The position numbers and the translations under genes were made by a program. A stretch of DNA of 64,000 bases, from contig JBGASG010000004.1 in NCBI GenBank assembly GCA_044229845.1, forward strand, positions 192,001 through 256,000, read 5' to 3'. Source of the DNA: Candidatus Obscuribacteraceae bacterium. GTDB taxonomy: Bacteria > Cyanobacteriota > Vampirovibrionia > Obscuribacterales > Obscuribacteraceae. Of the stretch, positions 53,659-62,695 are shown piece by piece. The number at the start of each line of letters is the position of its first letter. The first letter of the stretch is position 1. The notes beneath the pieces were generated by a model. It did not search any database. It was given only the letters and a program-made list of their open reading frames with translations, and was not told where the DNA came from.

Positions 53659-56400
53659 ATGCCCAATTCGACCCGCAACTCACGCGGCAATATGCTCGTG
53701 TTGGCTTCGGTCGCTACCCTCGGCATACTGGTGGCGCTTTTGCTCCTGGTTATGAATTTCGGTCGCGTCACCGGCGGGGCAGGTGAGCACCGCACTGCCA
53801 TAGAAGCAGCCGCTCTGGCAGCAGCAACCGACCTGGCTCGGATCGTCATAGACGACCCCAACTACGGCTTCATCTCGCTCGGCGATCACCCGCCGATCGG
53901 CAGACGCACAGTCGCACGCGATGGCGAACCGCTGCCGGTCATGGGCATCAACACAATTCTGGGCACTGCGAGACTCGACTACATCATCGCTCGCGAGATC
54001 AACGATCAGACAATGATCCAGCTCGCCCAGCAAGACATCACCAACGCCAAAGCTGCAGCCACCCGCTTGCAGACAGCTCTCAACGATGCCATCAAACCTG
54101 GTGCGCAAACAGAAGACTTCGACGGCATGCGCGTCACGCCTTACGAAAGAGCTCTGGCGCTTTACGAAAACAATCTCGTAAAAATGACCGGCGGCAAGCT
54201 GGTGACCGGTTCGTTCAAACTCAGCCTTGGCTGGCTGGAAGGCGGTGCTTCCACCGTCACGCCGGTGCCCGATGAAGCGCGCTTGCCGGACGCCGCCAAA
54301 GTGCCTCCAGATAAGCAGTTGGACGGCAACTATAAAGCGTTCGTCAATGTGCCCGCGCATGGCACCAACTTTTATTTCGCCGGCATGGGCAATCGTATTT
54401 CGCTGGTCGACCAGAGCAAATTCAAAGCACCGCAAGCAGAAATCTTTTGTTCGGTGGTGCGAGCCGAAGCGGATCAAACAGTGGAGTCCATCGATGGGCG
54501 CTATCAGGGCGCCGTCACCCATGCCGCCGCCTGCGCACTGCCGCTCGGACACAACGACGTCACTCCAGCCGGTGTGCTCAGTGTCGCCTTCCCGGATGGA
54601 CTCGTGCCCGGCGTCGAACAATTGCGCGACCTGTTTGGCGACAACCAACTCAAATCTCGCACCGGCAAAGCCTGGGTGCCGCAAAACGGTGACTGGCCGC
54701 TCGACCAGGGCAGCAGTTTAACCACCGCCACCAACCTGGCCTCTGGTTCCCCAACCACCACTCAAGCCTGGTCGACCGGCTTTTATCACTGGCTGCGCAC
54801 AGCGCGCACCCGCCCGCGTCCGGCTAGCGTTCTGGCTATGCTTGACAAAGATTTCAATGCCACCATCGTCGATGGCATATCCCAGGTAACGCTCACCTCC
54901 GCAAATCTGATCCCCCCCGCTTACGCAGGCACCATCACGGACGACACGCCTACTGCCATGGTCAATGACCTGCGCATCAACGAGCGCTACAATGCCATTA
55001 TCGCCAACCAACAACCGGCTAAAAACGGCTACTGGCGCTCCGCTCGACAGACTAAGATTCGCCCGCAATTACCGGACAATACTCCATCGGTCAACTGCAA
55101 AAAGACCGGCGAACTGGCATACGCAACAGGCATCATCAATCCGCAAACGATGATCGATTTCCATCAAGCAATCAGCAACACCAATGCAGCCGCCCTCACC
55201 ACTCTTGCTCTTTGCGAACGCATCGAATCCGACATCGCGGCCGGACAACTAACTTTGAGCGCCGGGCAATTGCAAAATCTCAACAACGCTAAGCGCAACG
55301 CTCTCAAGGTTTCTCAGGACAGCAACTACGTGATCAACCACCAGCTCATCCTCACCGCCATGGGACTGAAGCAGATCAATTCCAACTACGAATTGGCCCG
55401 CCAGACGCTGCGCCCCAAACCCAGACCGGCAGCCAACATCAACGAGATACTGACCGGCAACGACTCATCAGGCGGTGATCCCAACGACAAATGGTCGTCT
55501 TCGAATTTTGCTTCTTTCTATGTCGATAACAAGCCTGATCAGGCAGCGGGAGCATTTCTTGTGGACCGCGACGGGTTCGATGGTGCCACGTTCCTGTTTC
55601 GCTTCGACTCGACAGGGCAGGTGGTCGTCAATGACACAGACGGTACGCCTTTCGCCACCGTTCCAGTCTCAGAAAATCAGACCTACTTCGTCAATCTGGA
55701 CGCCATGCAGACCGGCAATCCACAAATACCAGTGACCTGGACTTCTACCATGCGCGATGAGTCAGGCAATATGGGCAATACGCTGGGCGGCAAGCATGCC
55801 GGACAACCCCTGGCCGGCGGCTCCATCGACTGGTGCCAACGCAGCGACCTGGCCGTGCAGGGCGGCAGCGACGGCGTCTCATTCGAATCACCCACTCAGG
55901 GACATCACTCCACCGGGGGTTCCGCAGGCAACCCGGGTGGAGCCAATCCACAGCAAACGCCTCTCGTGAATCAAGTCACGTCAACAGTGGGTCAGCTGTT
56001 CGGGCTGAACGGCACCAACTCCTCCAGCAACAACACACCCTCTCCGGGCGGCAGCGGCACGTGGGGCACCTGGACCGATCAGCAGGGCAATCCGATTAAC
56101 ACCACTATTGGTGGCAAGACCGTGCCCAAATGGTTTATCTGCGGTGGACTGGCAGTCGATTTTCAGCTGCGCGCCCCGCTTATACTAAGACCGGCCAATC
56201 TCAACCCGGGACCCACAGTCAACGTGCGCGAGACTCCCGGCGGCTACGCCGAGGTGACCGGCGTGCGCATGCCCGTGGCCGGGCTGACCGGCGTCAAAGT
56301 GCTGCCGGGAGCACAGAGCGGTCCCACTCGCAAAGTAACGAGCGCGCCTGGCAATCCACCGATGATTGTCGAGCCCGACGTCACCGATGACGTCCAGTAA
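53659..56400 (+). CDS. Large TadG/pseudopilin-like protein with unknown C-terminal domains
   Basis: RNSRG then hydrophobic helix NMLVLASVATLGILVALLLLV and AIEAAALAAA, typical of Tad N-termini. Confidence 0.7.
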   Translation: MPNSTRNSRGNMLVLASVATLGILVALLLLVMNFGRVTGGAGEHRTAIEAAALAAATDLARIVIDDPNYGFISLGDHPPIGRRTVARDGEPLPVMGINTILGTARLDYIIAREINDQTMIQLAQQDITNAKAAATRLQTALNDAIKPGAQTEDFDGMRVTPYERALALYENNLVKMTGGKLVTGSFKLSLGWLEGGASTVTPVPDEARLPDAAKVPPDKQLDGNYKAFVNVPAHGTNFYFAGMGNRISLVDQSKFKAPQAEIFCSVVRAEADQTVESIDGRYQGAVTHAAACALPLGHNDVTPAGVLSVAFPDGLVPGVEQLRDLFGDNQLKSRTGKAWVPQNGDWPLDQGSSLTTATNLASGSPTTTQAWSTGFYHWLRTARTRPRPASVLAMLDKDFNATIVDGISQVTLTSANLIPPAYAGTITDDTPTAMVNDLRINERYNAIIANQQPAKNGYWRSARQTKIRPQLPDNTPSVNCKKTGELAYATGIINPQTMIDFHQAISNTNAAALTTLALCERIESDIAAGQLTLSAGQLQNLNNAKRNALKVSQDSNYVINHQLILTAMGLKQINSNYELARQTLRPKPRPAANINEILTGNDSSGGDPNDKWSSSNFASFYVDNKPDQAAGAFLVDRDGFDGATFLFRFDSTGQVVVNDTDGTPFATVPVSENQTYFVNLDAMQTGNPQIPVTWTSTMRDESGNMGNTLGGKHAGQPLAGGSIDWCQRSDLAVQGGSDGVSFESPTQGHHSTGGSAGNPGGANPQQTPLVNQVTSTVGQLFGLNGTNSSSNNTPSPGGSGTWGTWTDQQGNPINTTIGGKTVPKWFICGGLAVDFQLRAPLILRPANLNPGPTVNVRETPGGYAEVTGVRMPVAGLTGVKVLPGAQSGPTRKVTSAPGNPPMIVEPDVTDDVQ

Positions 56401-56408
56401 TCCAGTAA

Positions 56409-56960
56409 CTATTCTTCGGTGTCTTCTTCGTCGTCGGCTTCAGCTTCAACAGATTCAGCGGCGACTTCGGCAGTTTCTTCTTTCTTGGCGGCTTTTTCAG
56501 TCACTACAAAACCGGGCGGATAGACTTCGACCGTTACTTCGACCTGTACTTCCGGAGCCACTTTCACTTGCACTTTGTAGGCGCCGATGGCAGTGATGTC
56601 GTCAGCGGTCTTGATGGTGCGCTTGTCGATTTCTTTGCCAAGCTTTTCTGTGAGCGCTTGCGCGATTTCTTTGTTGGTCACTTTACCGTAAAGTCTGCCG
56701 CCTTCGCCCGCTTTGGCATCGATGCGAACCGAACCGAGAGCCGCGATTGTTTCGCCGAAAGCAACGGCTTCTTGATGGGTCGCTTCGGCTTTCTTGCGCA
56801 GCTGTTCGAGATCTTCTTCCCGTTTCTTCAAAGCGCCCGTCGAGGCGACAACTGCAAATCCGCGCGGCTGCAAATAATTGCGATAGTACCCGGGCGCCGC
56901 TTCGACGACGTCGCCGATTTTGCCGAGCTTATCTACGTTTTTCTGAAGAATGACTTTCAT
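56409..56960 (-). CDS. rplI: 50S ribosomal protein L9 with acidic C-terminal tail
   Basis: MKVIL..V.KLGKIGDVV, GYYRNYL.P, GRLYGKVT. Confidence 0.96.
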   Translation of the reverse strand: MKVILQKNVDKLGKIGDVVEAAPGYYRNYLQPRGFAVVASTGALKKREEDLEQLRKKAEATHQEAVAFGETIAALGSVRIDAKAGEGGRLYGKVTNKEIAQALTEKLGKEIDKRTIKTADDITAIGAYKVQVKVAPEVQVEVTVEVYPPGFVVTEKAAKKEETAEVAAESVEAEADDEEDTEE

Positions 56961-57096
56961 GTTTTTATCCAGACTGAGAGAGCGATTGATATCAATATGG
57001 GCTGAGTCAGCAAGCGGGGACTCGCCGAAGACAGACTTTACCACGCCCGCCGATGCCCGTATGCGGCAGCCAGGGGCGTTTTAACCAAATTTATAT

Positions 57097-57558
57097 CTAG
57101 TAGCCTCGCTCCCGGAACATGCCCCGGACCCCAGACGGGTCCGTAGAAAAGCCGAATTTGCGGTAAAAAGAGTCGGTTCCCGGGTCGGCATAGAGGGTGA
57201 CAAGAGGTATCTCGAATGTATCCAGATCCTTCAAAAGCTCAATCATCACCAGCCTGCCAAGACCACGCCTTTGATGAGTCGGTCTGACCGCCACATCCCA
57301 GATTGTGGCGTTGAAGACCATGTCGCCGGTTGCCCGCGCAAAACCGACCAGTGTTTGCCCTTCCCAGGCGCTAATTACAGCCAGGCTGTTGAGCAATGCC
57401 CGGGTGATCAGCGCCGGCTCGCGACGACTCCACCCGACGGACGCGCACAGGTCTTGCACGTCAAGCGGCGGCACATTTTTGTCGTGGCTGAACGTAATGC
57501 CGCGCAGGAAGTCATCGCGCGATCCTTCATGACGTTTCCAGATGCTAGAAAGGACCAC
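57097..57558 (-). CDS. GNAT acetyltransferase, Ycf52-like
   Basis: LCASVGWSRR, LVGFARATGDMVFNATIWDV, QRRGLG, TLYADP, FYRKFGF, GMF. Confidence 0.88.
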   Translation of the reverse strand: MVLSSIWKRHEGSRDDFLRGITFSHDKNVPPLDVQDLCASVGWSRREPALITRALLNSLAVISAWEGQTLVGFARATGDMVFNATIWDVAVRPTHQRRGLGRLVMIELLKDLDTFEIPLVTLYADPGTDSFYRKFGFSTDPSGVRGMFRERGY

Positions 57559-57585
57559 GAACAGCTCCTTGGGTTATCTTCGATA

Positions 57586-59046
57586 TTAACATTCCCGCTT
57601 CTGCAATTGAGTTACCGATTCCACGTGAAACGTTTGGGGAAACATGTCGACCGGCTGGACCGATTCGACGTCATAACCACCGTCCACGAGAATGCGCAAA
57701 TCACGCGCCAGCGTCGCTGGATTGCAGCTGACGTAGATGATTTTCTTAGACTGCAAGTTGAGCACAGTGTTCAGGACTTCCGGCGCGACGCCCTTGCGGG
57801 GCGGATCAAGCACGATTATATCGGCGGCAAAAGTATCGTCGGCGGCCAGCGCGGGTAAGACATCTTCGACACGTCCCAACCTGAAATCAATGTTGGTCAG
57901 CCCGTTGAGGACCGCATTGCGGCGCCCGTCCTCGACGGCCGGTTCCACCTCTTCAATCGCCACCACTTGCCGGCACGAAGCAGAGAGCCACTGCGCAATC
58001 GTGCCCACCCCTGCATAAGCGTCAATCACCACCGGCGCGCGCCCCAATTGGTCGGCCCTGGCTTGCACCGATGCCAGCACCACGTCGAGAATTCGAACCG
58101 CCTGCTCGGAGTTTACCTGGAAGAAACTCTGGGAGGACAGCCGAAACTTAAGACCGTTCTCCTGCAGTGCAGGTGGAGCTGACGGCAGTTTTGAACGCAA
58201 TTCTTCAGTGACATGATCGACACCGGCAACGGTCACCGTGGTATCGCCCATGATGCGATTGCCGCGCAGCGCATTGAAGTTGACACACACACCCTTTACT
58301 GCGCGCACCGCTTCCATCACTTCGGCAGCAACCGGTTGCAGTTTTTGTACAAACTCGTCCTGATCAGCTGCCTGTGCGTTTAGAACAATAGTCAAAAGCA
58401 CGTCCGAGCGCGCCGCGCTGACCCGGGCGGCAATGTGCCGAACCAAGCCGCGATGCTCGGCTTCATCGTAGGCGCGAAAGCGATGTTTCTCCAAAGAAAG
58501 TTTGGTCGCCTCCAGCATCTTGTCGAGCACATCCGGCTGGACGGGGCAGTGCTTTATGTTGACCAGTTCATGCGTGCCTTCTTTGTAATAGCCGGCGAGC
58601 AGACGCGATGAACCGTGCGGATTGGCGGTCGGAAATTGCACTTTGTTTCTATAGAAAAGCGGGTTGTCCGCGCCAACCACCGGCAACACCACTTCGGGAT
58701 CCAGTTTGCCGATGTGCTTGATTGCTTGTTTGACAATGTCCTGTTTGGCGCTCAGCTGATGGCGGTAGTCGATGTGCTGCCACTGGCAGCCGCCACAGAC
58801 TTTGAAAATCTTGCATGGTGGCTCGCTGCGCTGGTCGGATGGCTCGTCGATCTGCACGACTTTGCCCCGTGCAAAATTCTTCCTAACATCAAACAATTCT
58901 GCGGTCACCAGATCGCCCGGCGCCACGCGGCTGACAAATACGGGCACGCCCAGGTCTTTGGCGACGCCCTCGCCGCCAGCCGCCAGCGACGATATGCGCA
59001 ATTTGACGCGCATATTCTTCTTGAGTTCAGTCTCGTTTCTCTTCAT
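57586..59046 (-). CDS. rlmD: 23S rRNA (uracil-C5)-methyltransferase RlmD/RumA family
   Basis: TRAM domain, C..F.VCGGCQWQH, SFFQVN, DAYAGVG, LDPPRKG, YVSCNP, DMFPQT; start uncertain. Confidence 0.93.
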   Translation of the reverse strand: MKRNETELKKNMRVKLRISSLAAGGEGVAKDLGVPVFVSRVAPGDLVTAELFDVRKNFARGKVVQIDEPSDQRSEPPCKIFKVCGGCQWQHIDYRHQLSAKQDIVKQAIKHIGKLDPEVVLPVVGADNPLFYRNKVQFPTANPHGSSRLLAGYYKEGTHELVNIKHCPVQPDVLDKMLEATKLSLEKHRFRAYDEAEHRGLVRHIAARVSAARSDVLLTIVLNAQAADQDEFVQKLQPVAAEVMEAVRAVKGVCVNFNALRGNRIMGDTTVTVAGVDHVTEELRSKLPSAPPALQENGLKFRLSSQSFFQVNSEQAVRILDVVLASVQARADQLGRAPVVIDAYAGVGTIAQWLSASCRQVVAIEEVEPAVEDGRRNAVLNGLTNIDFRLGRVEDVLPALAADDTFAADIIVLDPPRKGVAPEVLNTVLNLQSKKIIYVSCNPATLARDLRILVDGGYDVESVQPVDMFPQTFHVESVTQLQKREC

Positions 59047-59114
59047 GCAAGGAGGTCCGCCGGACATTTATACTGGCTGATTGGTGGTCAAGAATACTAT
59101 ATGAACGCACCCGC

Positions 59115-60353
59115 ATGACGCTCCAATTACTCCACGTCTCCGACATTCACTTAGGCTCCGGCGAAACGCACGGGCGCATCAATCCCAAAACGGGGTTGAA
59201 TGTTCGCTTCGAAGATTTCGCGCAAGCGCTTTCCAAGTCGGTCGATTACGCGCTGGAGCATAAAGTAGATGTTTATCTCTTCTCGGGCGACGCATATAAG
59301 AATGCCTCCCCTGAACCCGTTTATCAGAAAGCTTTTGCACGCCAGCTCAAGCGTCTTTCTGATGCCGGCATTCAGACTATATTGCTGGTCGGCAATCATG
59401 ACCAGGTGATGCGCTCGACTGAAAGCCATTCGATGTCGGTCTTCGAGAGCCTGGAGATCGCGAATGTAATCACCATCGATCGGCCGGGACTGCATGTGCT
59501 CGACACGCCGCACGGTAAGCTGCAGGTGATCGGCATCCCGCATGTGACCCGACATCTCCTGATGACGCATGAGAAGTACGCGGATCTTTCAACAGCAGCC
59601 GTCGATAAAGTTCTGGTCAATCACGTCGATGCACTGGTCAGACACTATCTCGACGAGTTGGATGACCAGATCCCCGCAGTCGCCACTGCACACATGATGG
59701 TAGACCGGGCCCGCGCCGGTGCCGAGCAAGATTTGATGATCGGCTATTCGCTGACTTTTCCTCTCGAGATGTTTGTGCATCCAGCCCTCGACTATGTCGC
59801 GCTCGGACATGTGCACGGGCACCAGGTGCTGCGCGCCGGCGAACCGTCCATCGTTTATGCCGGCAGCATGGAACGCGTGGACTTCAGCGAGGAAAACGAA
59901 GACAAAGGTTTTGTGCATGTGCAGTTGACGCGCGGCAATTGTACTTTTCAGTTCGTCTCCATCGCACCACGACGTTTCCTCACAATTGATGCCGATGTCA
60001 CCAACAGCAGCGAGCCCACAGAAGCGTTGCGTCGCCTGATAGCCAAGCAACAACAGCATTTAGATGGGTGCGTTCTGCGTATCCGCTATAAGGTGCTGAC
60101 CGAACAACTGCCCGATATTGACGAAAACGCGCTGCGCGCCGAGTCTGAGGCTGCATTGACCGTCAAATTCAAGCCGGAAGTTGTCGTCAACGAGCGACCC
60201 ACGCGCATGCCCGACTTGCAAGAGAGTGCGGCGGCCAGCCCCCTGACCGCCCTCGATCAGTATCTAGAGCGGTCAGCTCCGGAACGCCGCGAAGACCTGA
60301 TGGCCAGGGCGCGAGCACTGGCTGAGAAACTGCAGGCTGATGCCGCCGAATAG
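59115..60353 (+). CDS. sbcD: SbcD/Mre11-family exonuclease subunit
   Basis: HVSDIHLG, FSGD, VGNHD, YVALGHVH, YAGSMERVDFSE. Confidence 0.92.
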   Translation: MTLQLLHVSDIHLGSGETHGRINPKTGLNVRFEDFAQALSKSVDYALEHKVDVYLFSGDAYKNASPEPVYQKAFARQLKRLSDAGIQTILLVGNHDQVMRSTESHSMSVFESLEIANVITIDRPGLHVLDTPHGKLQVIGIPHVTRHLLMTHEKYADLSTAAVDKVLVNHVDALVRHYLDELDDQIPAVATAHMMVDRARAGAEQDLMIGYSLTFPLEMFVHPALDYVALGHVHGHQVLRAGEPSIVYAGSMERVDFSEENEDKGFVHVQLTRGNCTFQFVSIAPRRFLTIDADVTNSSEPTEALRRLIAKQQQHLDGCVLRIRYKVLTEQLPDIDENALRAESEAALTVKFKPEVVVNERPTRMPDLQESAAASPLTALDQYLERSAPERREDLMARARALAEKLQADAAE

Positions 60354-60541
60354 CGGCAAAACGCAAGTGTGCGTTATCCCGCACGCCGATCTTCGTAGTA
60401 TCCCCATTGTTGACGGCCTGGATTCGCCGTAGATTGGGAATGCTAACAAGCACCCATCCCCCTGCCGTTTATAGCTGTCACCTCCGCCCCGCGCGGACGG
60501 ACTCTCAACGCGTCTTTACCTACCATCCCAGGTTGAATGCA

Positions 60542-61135
60542 ATGACTACTCTTGAACAAGCCGCCCCAGTAGAAAAACAGATCGCTCAAGTTCAGTTGAT
60601 GCCGGACGGTGGTCCCGGACAATCCGACAACGCCGCTCACAACGCAGAGAAGAGTCGCATTCAGGGATCGGCAGGACAAGCGGCAACCGACGCCACAGTC
60701 GGTGCGGACGCCATCACGTTCGGCAAAGCCGGCAGTGACAAAGGTTGGTCGCCGGAAGAGTTCGCCAAAACCGCCATGGGCGTAGCGCTGGAATTGAACA
60801 CTGTCGGCTGGTCCGGTAAGGGCGTACGCATGGCATTAGAGCGCATGGGCGAAGAAGTTGGTCGCGCCAACGCTGCCGATCTCGGTCAGCAACTGTTCGA
60901 CAGCGGCAAGTATGACAAGATTCCGTGGAATCCCAAAGATGCACAGACAGGCGACATTCTGGTTCGTCCGCCGGCTCAAGGCAGCCCGAGCGTCTATGGA
61001 GACATCATGGTAATCACCGGTCGCAACGCCGCGGGCGGACCAATCGGAGTCAACGACCACGTCAATAACAACATTCAGCCTGATAGCAATCGCTTCGAAG
61101 GCAGCTACATCCTGCGCCGTAAGCCGGGCGCTTAG
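60542..61135 (+). CDS. Hypothetical protein with a CHAP/NlpC-P60-like C-terminal domain lacking catalytic Cys and His
   Basis: GWSGKGVRMAL, NAADL, QTGDILV, YGDIMV follow the GxCA.GV..AL / GDI.V / YGHI pattern. Confidence 0.6.
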   Translation: MTTLEQAAPVEKQIAQVQLMPDGGPGQSDNAAHNAEKSRIQGSAGQAATDATVGADAITFGKAGSDKGWSPEEFAKTAMGVALELNTVGWSGKGVRMALERMGEEVGRANAADLGQQLFDSGKYDKIPWNPKDAQTGDILVRPPAQGSPSVYGDIMVITGRNAAGGPIGVNDHVNNNIQPDSNRFEGSYILRRKPGA

Positions 61136-61260
61136 GATCCAATCAGTCACACGCAATAGTCCAAAGACAGTGTAAAGCAACACATGCACTGATCAAATCA
61201 CCAGACGTCGGGCACCTCCACCCGGCGTCTTTTCTTCGGCCTCTTTTCTTGGCGTCGTGT

Positions 61261-62172
61261 TCAGCCCGCGCTGGCTTGGCGCAGCAGCTTGCGAGCCGTC
61301 GCTCGCGCAACATCGACTGGAATCGCAAACCCGATGTTCTGCGCGTCACTGCGAATCGCCATGTTGATACCAATCACTTCGCCTTCTATGTTCAATAGCG
61401 GACCACCGGAATTGCCCGGATTGATCGCAGCATCCGTCTGAATCAGCTCGAAATTATTGTTGAGCCCGTTGAGCGAGCGCCCGATCGCACTGACGATGCC
61501 GAGCGTTACGCTGTGCTGCAGTCCCATGGGCGTTCCAATCGCCACTGCATAGTCGCCGGCGCGAATTGAGTTACTGTGGCCGAGCCGCGCCACCGGTAAG
61601 TGCTGCGCGTCGATCTTCACCAGTGCCAAATCCGACACGTTATCGCGTGCCACCACTTGTCCACAGAACGCACGATTGTCGCTGAGGGTCACGCGAATCG
61701 TGTCGGCATTGCGTACTACGTGATTGTTTGTCAGCACGTAACCATCTGATCTAACGACCAGCCCGGAACCCGCTCCGCGAGCTTCAGTAGGTTTGAGCGA
61801 CCGTTTCGACACCGTCGATCCACTCGACCCATTTATCGGACAACCGGGCAAGGGCATGGTGGTGTCTATCGAGACCACGCTAGGCACAGCGGCGGCCGCA
61901 ATGCGAGCAATCGGATTGTGATCAGCTTTTTCAGCGGCGCGAACTTTTGCATCGACAGACACAGTCGAAGAAATCGGCATCGTATTATGTGCCGGCAGCG
62001 TCGCATCAGAAACTGGAATGGTCGTTGCACTGAGCTTTTCATCTGCGCTGCGCATAGACCACCCACCGACAAATGCCAGCGACAGCCCCAACAGCACACA
62101 TGTCAGCTCGACAAAGCGCGGTCGTCCGGGACGGTCGAAATTGTTGCTATCCACTTTGCGAAGGGGGTCCAA
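61261..62172 (-). CDS. HtrA/DegP-like trypsin serine protease, membrane-anchored, no PDZ domain
   Basis: GSG, LTNNHVV, SDLAL, IQTDAAINPGNSGGPL. Confidence 0.92.
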   Translation of the reverse strand: MDPLRKVDSNNFDRPGRPRFVELTCVLLGLSLAFVGGWSMRSADEKLSATTIPVSDATLPAHNTMPISSTVSVDAKVRAAEKADHNPIARIAAAAVPSVVSIDTTMPLPGCPINGSSGSTVSKRSLKPTEARGAGSGLVVRSDGYVLTNNHVVRNADTIRVTLSDNRAFCGQVVARDNVSDLALVKIDAQHLPVARLGHSNSIRAGDYAVAIGTPMGLQHSVTLGIVSAIGRSLNGLNNNFELIQTDAAINPGNSGGPLLNIEGEVIGINMAIRSDAQNIGFAIPVDVARATARKLLRQASAG

Positions 62173-62254
62173 GATTCACCACCAATGCCCTTTACGTCAC
62201 TGGTAGTCGATTTCAGGCAATGGTTTGTTCCGAACGCAGGTGCTATGGAGTTGC

Positions 62255-62683
62255 TTACTTGGCGGGTGGTTCGCCAAACCTTAGCAAATTGCCGTCGTTG
62301 TCGCAGACGGCGAACTCATGCATTCCCCACTCTTTAATTTCAAGCGGGGTGCGCATCTTGACGCCCTTCTCCGAAAACTCTTTGTGCAGCTCTTCAACAT
62401 TGGCCACGCGTAGATAGCATCCAGAGTTCTCGCAAATCAGCTTTTCTGCGCCGTGCCAGAGATGCAATTCGATGTAGTCGCGTTGCAAGAGCACATAATT
62501 CCCGTAGTCGCCGGTGACGTGAAAACCCAGTTTTTCGACGTAGAACTTCGTCGTTTCTTTAACATCCATAGCCGGCAAAACAGGCACAGCACGAGTCATT
62601 TCCGCCTTGTGTCGGATTTCTTGTTCGGCTGATTCGGTGGGTTCAGTTGTTGTTTGTTGTTGTTCAGTCATTAGCCTGTCCAT
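62255..62683 (-). CDS. VOC/glyoxalase/bleomycin-resistance family protein
   Basis: PVLPAMDV..T.KFYVEKLGF, WGMHEFAVCDNDGNLLRFG. Confidence 0.88.
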   Translation of the reverse strand: MDRLMTEQQQTTTEPTESAEQEIRHKAEMTRAVPVLPAMDVKETTKFYVEKLGFHVTGDYGNYVLLQRDYIELHLWHGAEKLICENSGCYLRVANVEELHKEFSEKGVKMRTPLEIKEWGMHEFAVCDNDGNLLRFGEPPAK

Positions 62684-62695
62684 TTGCTCGCTGGC

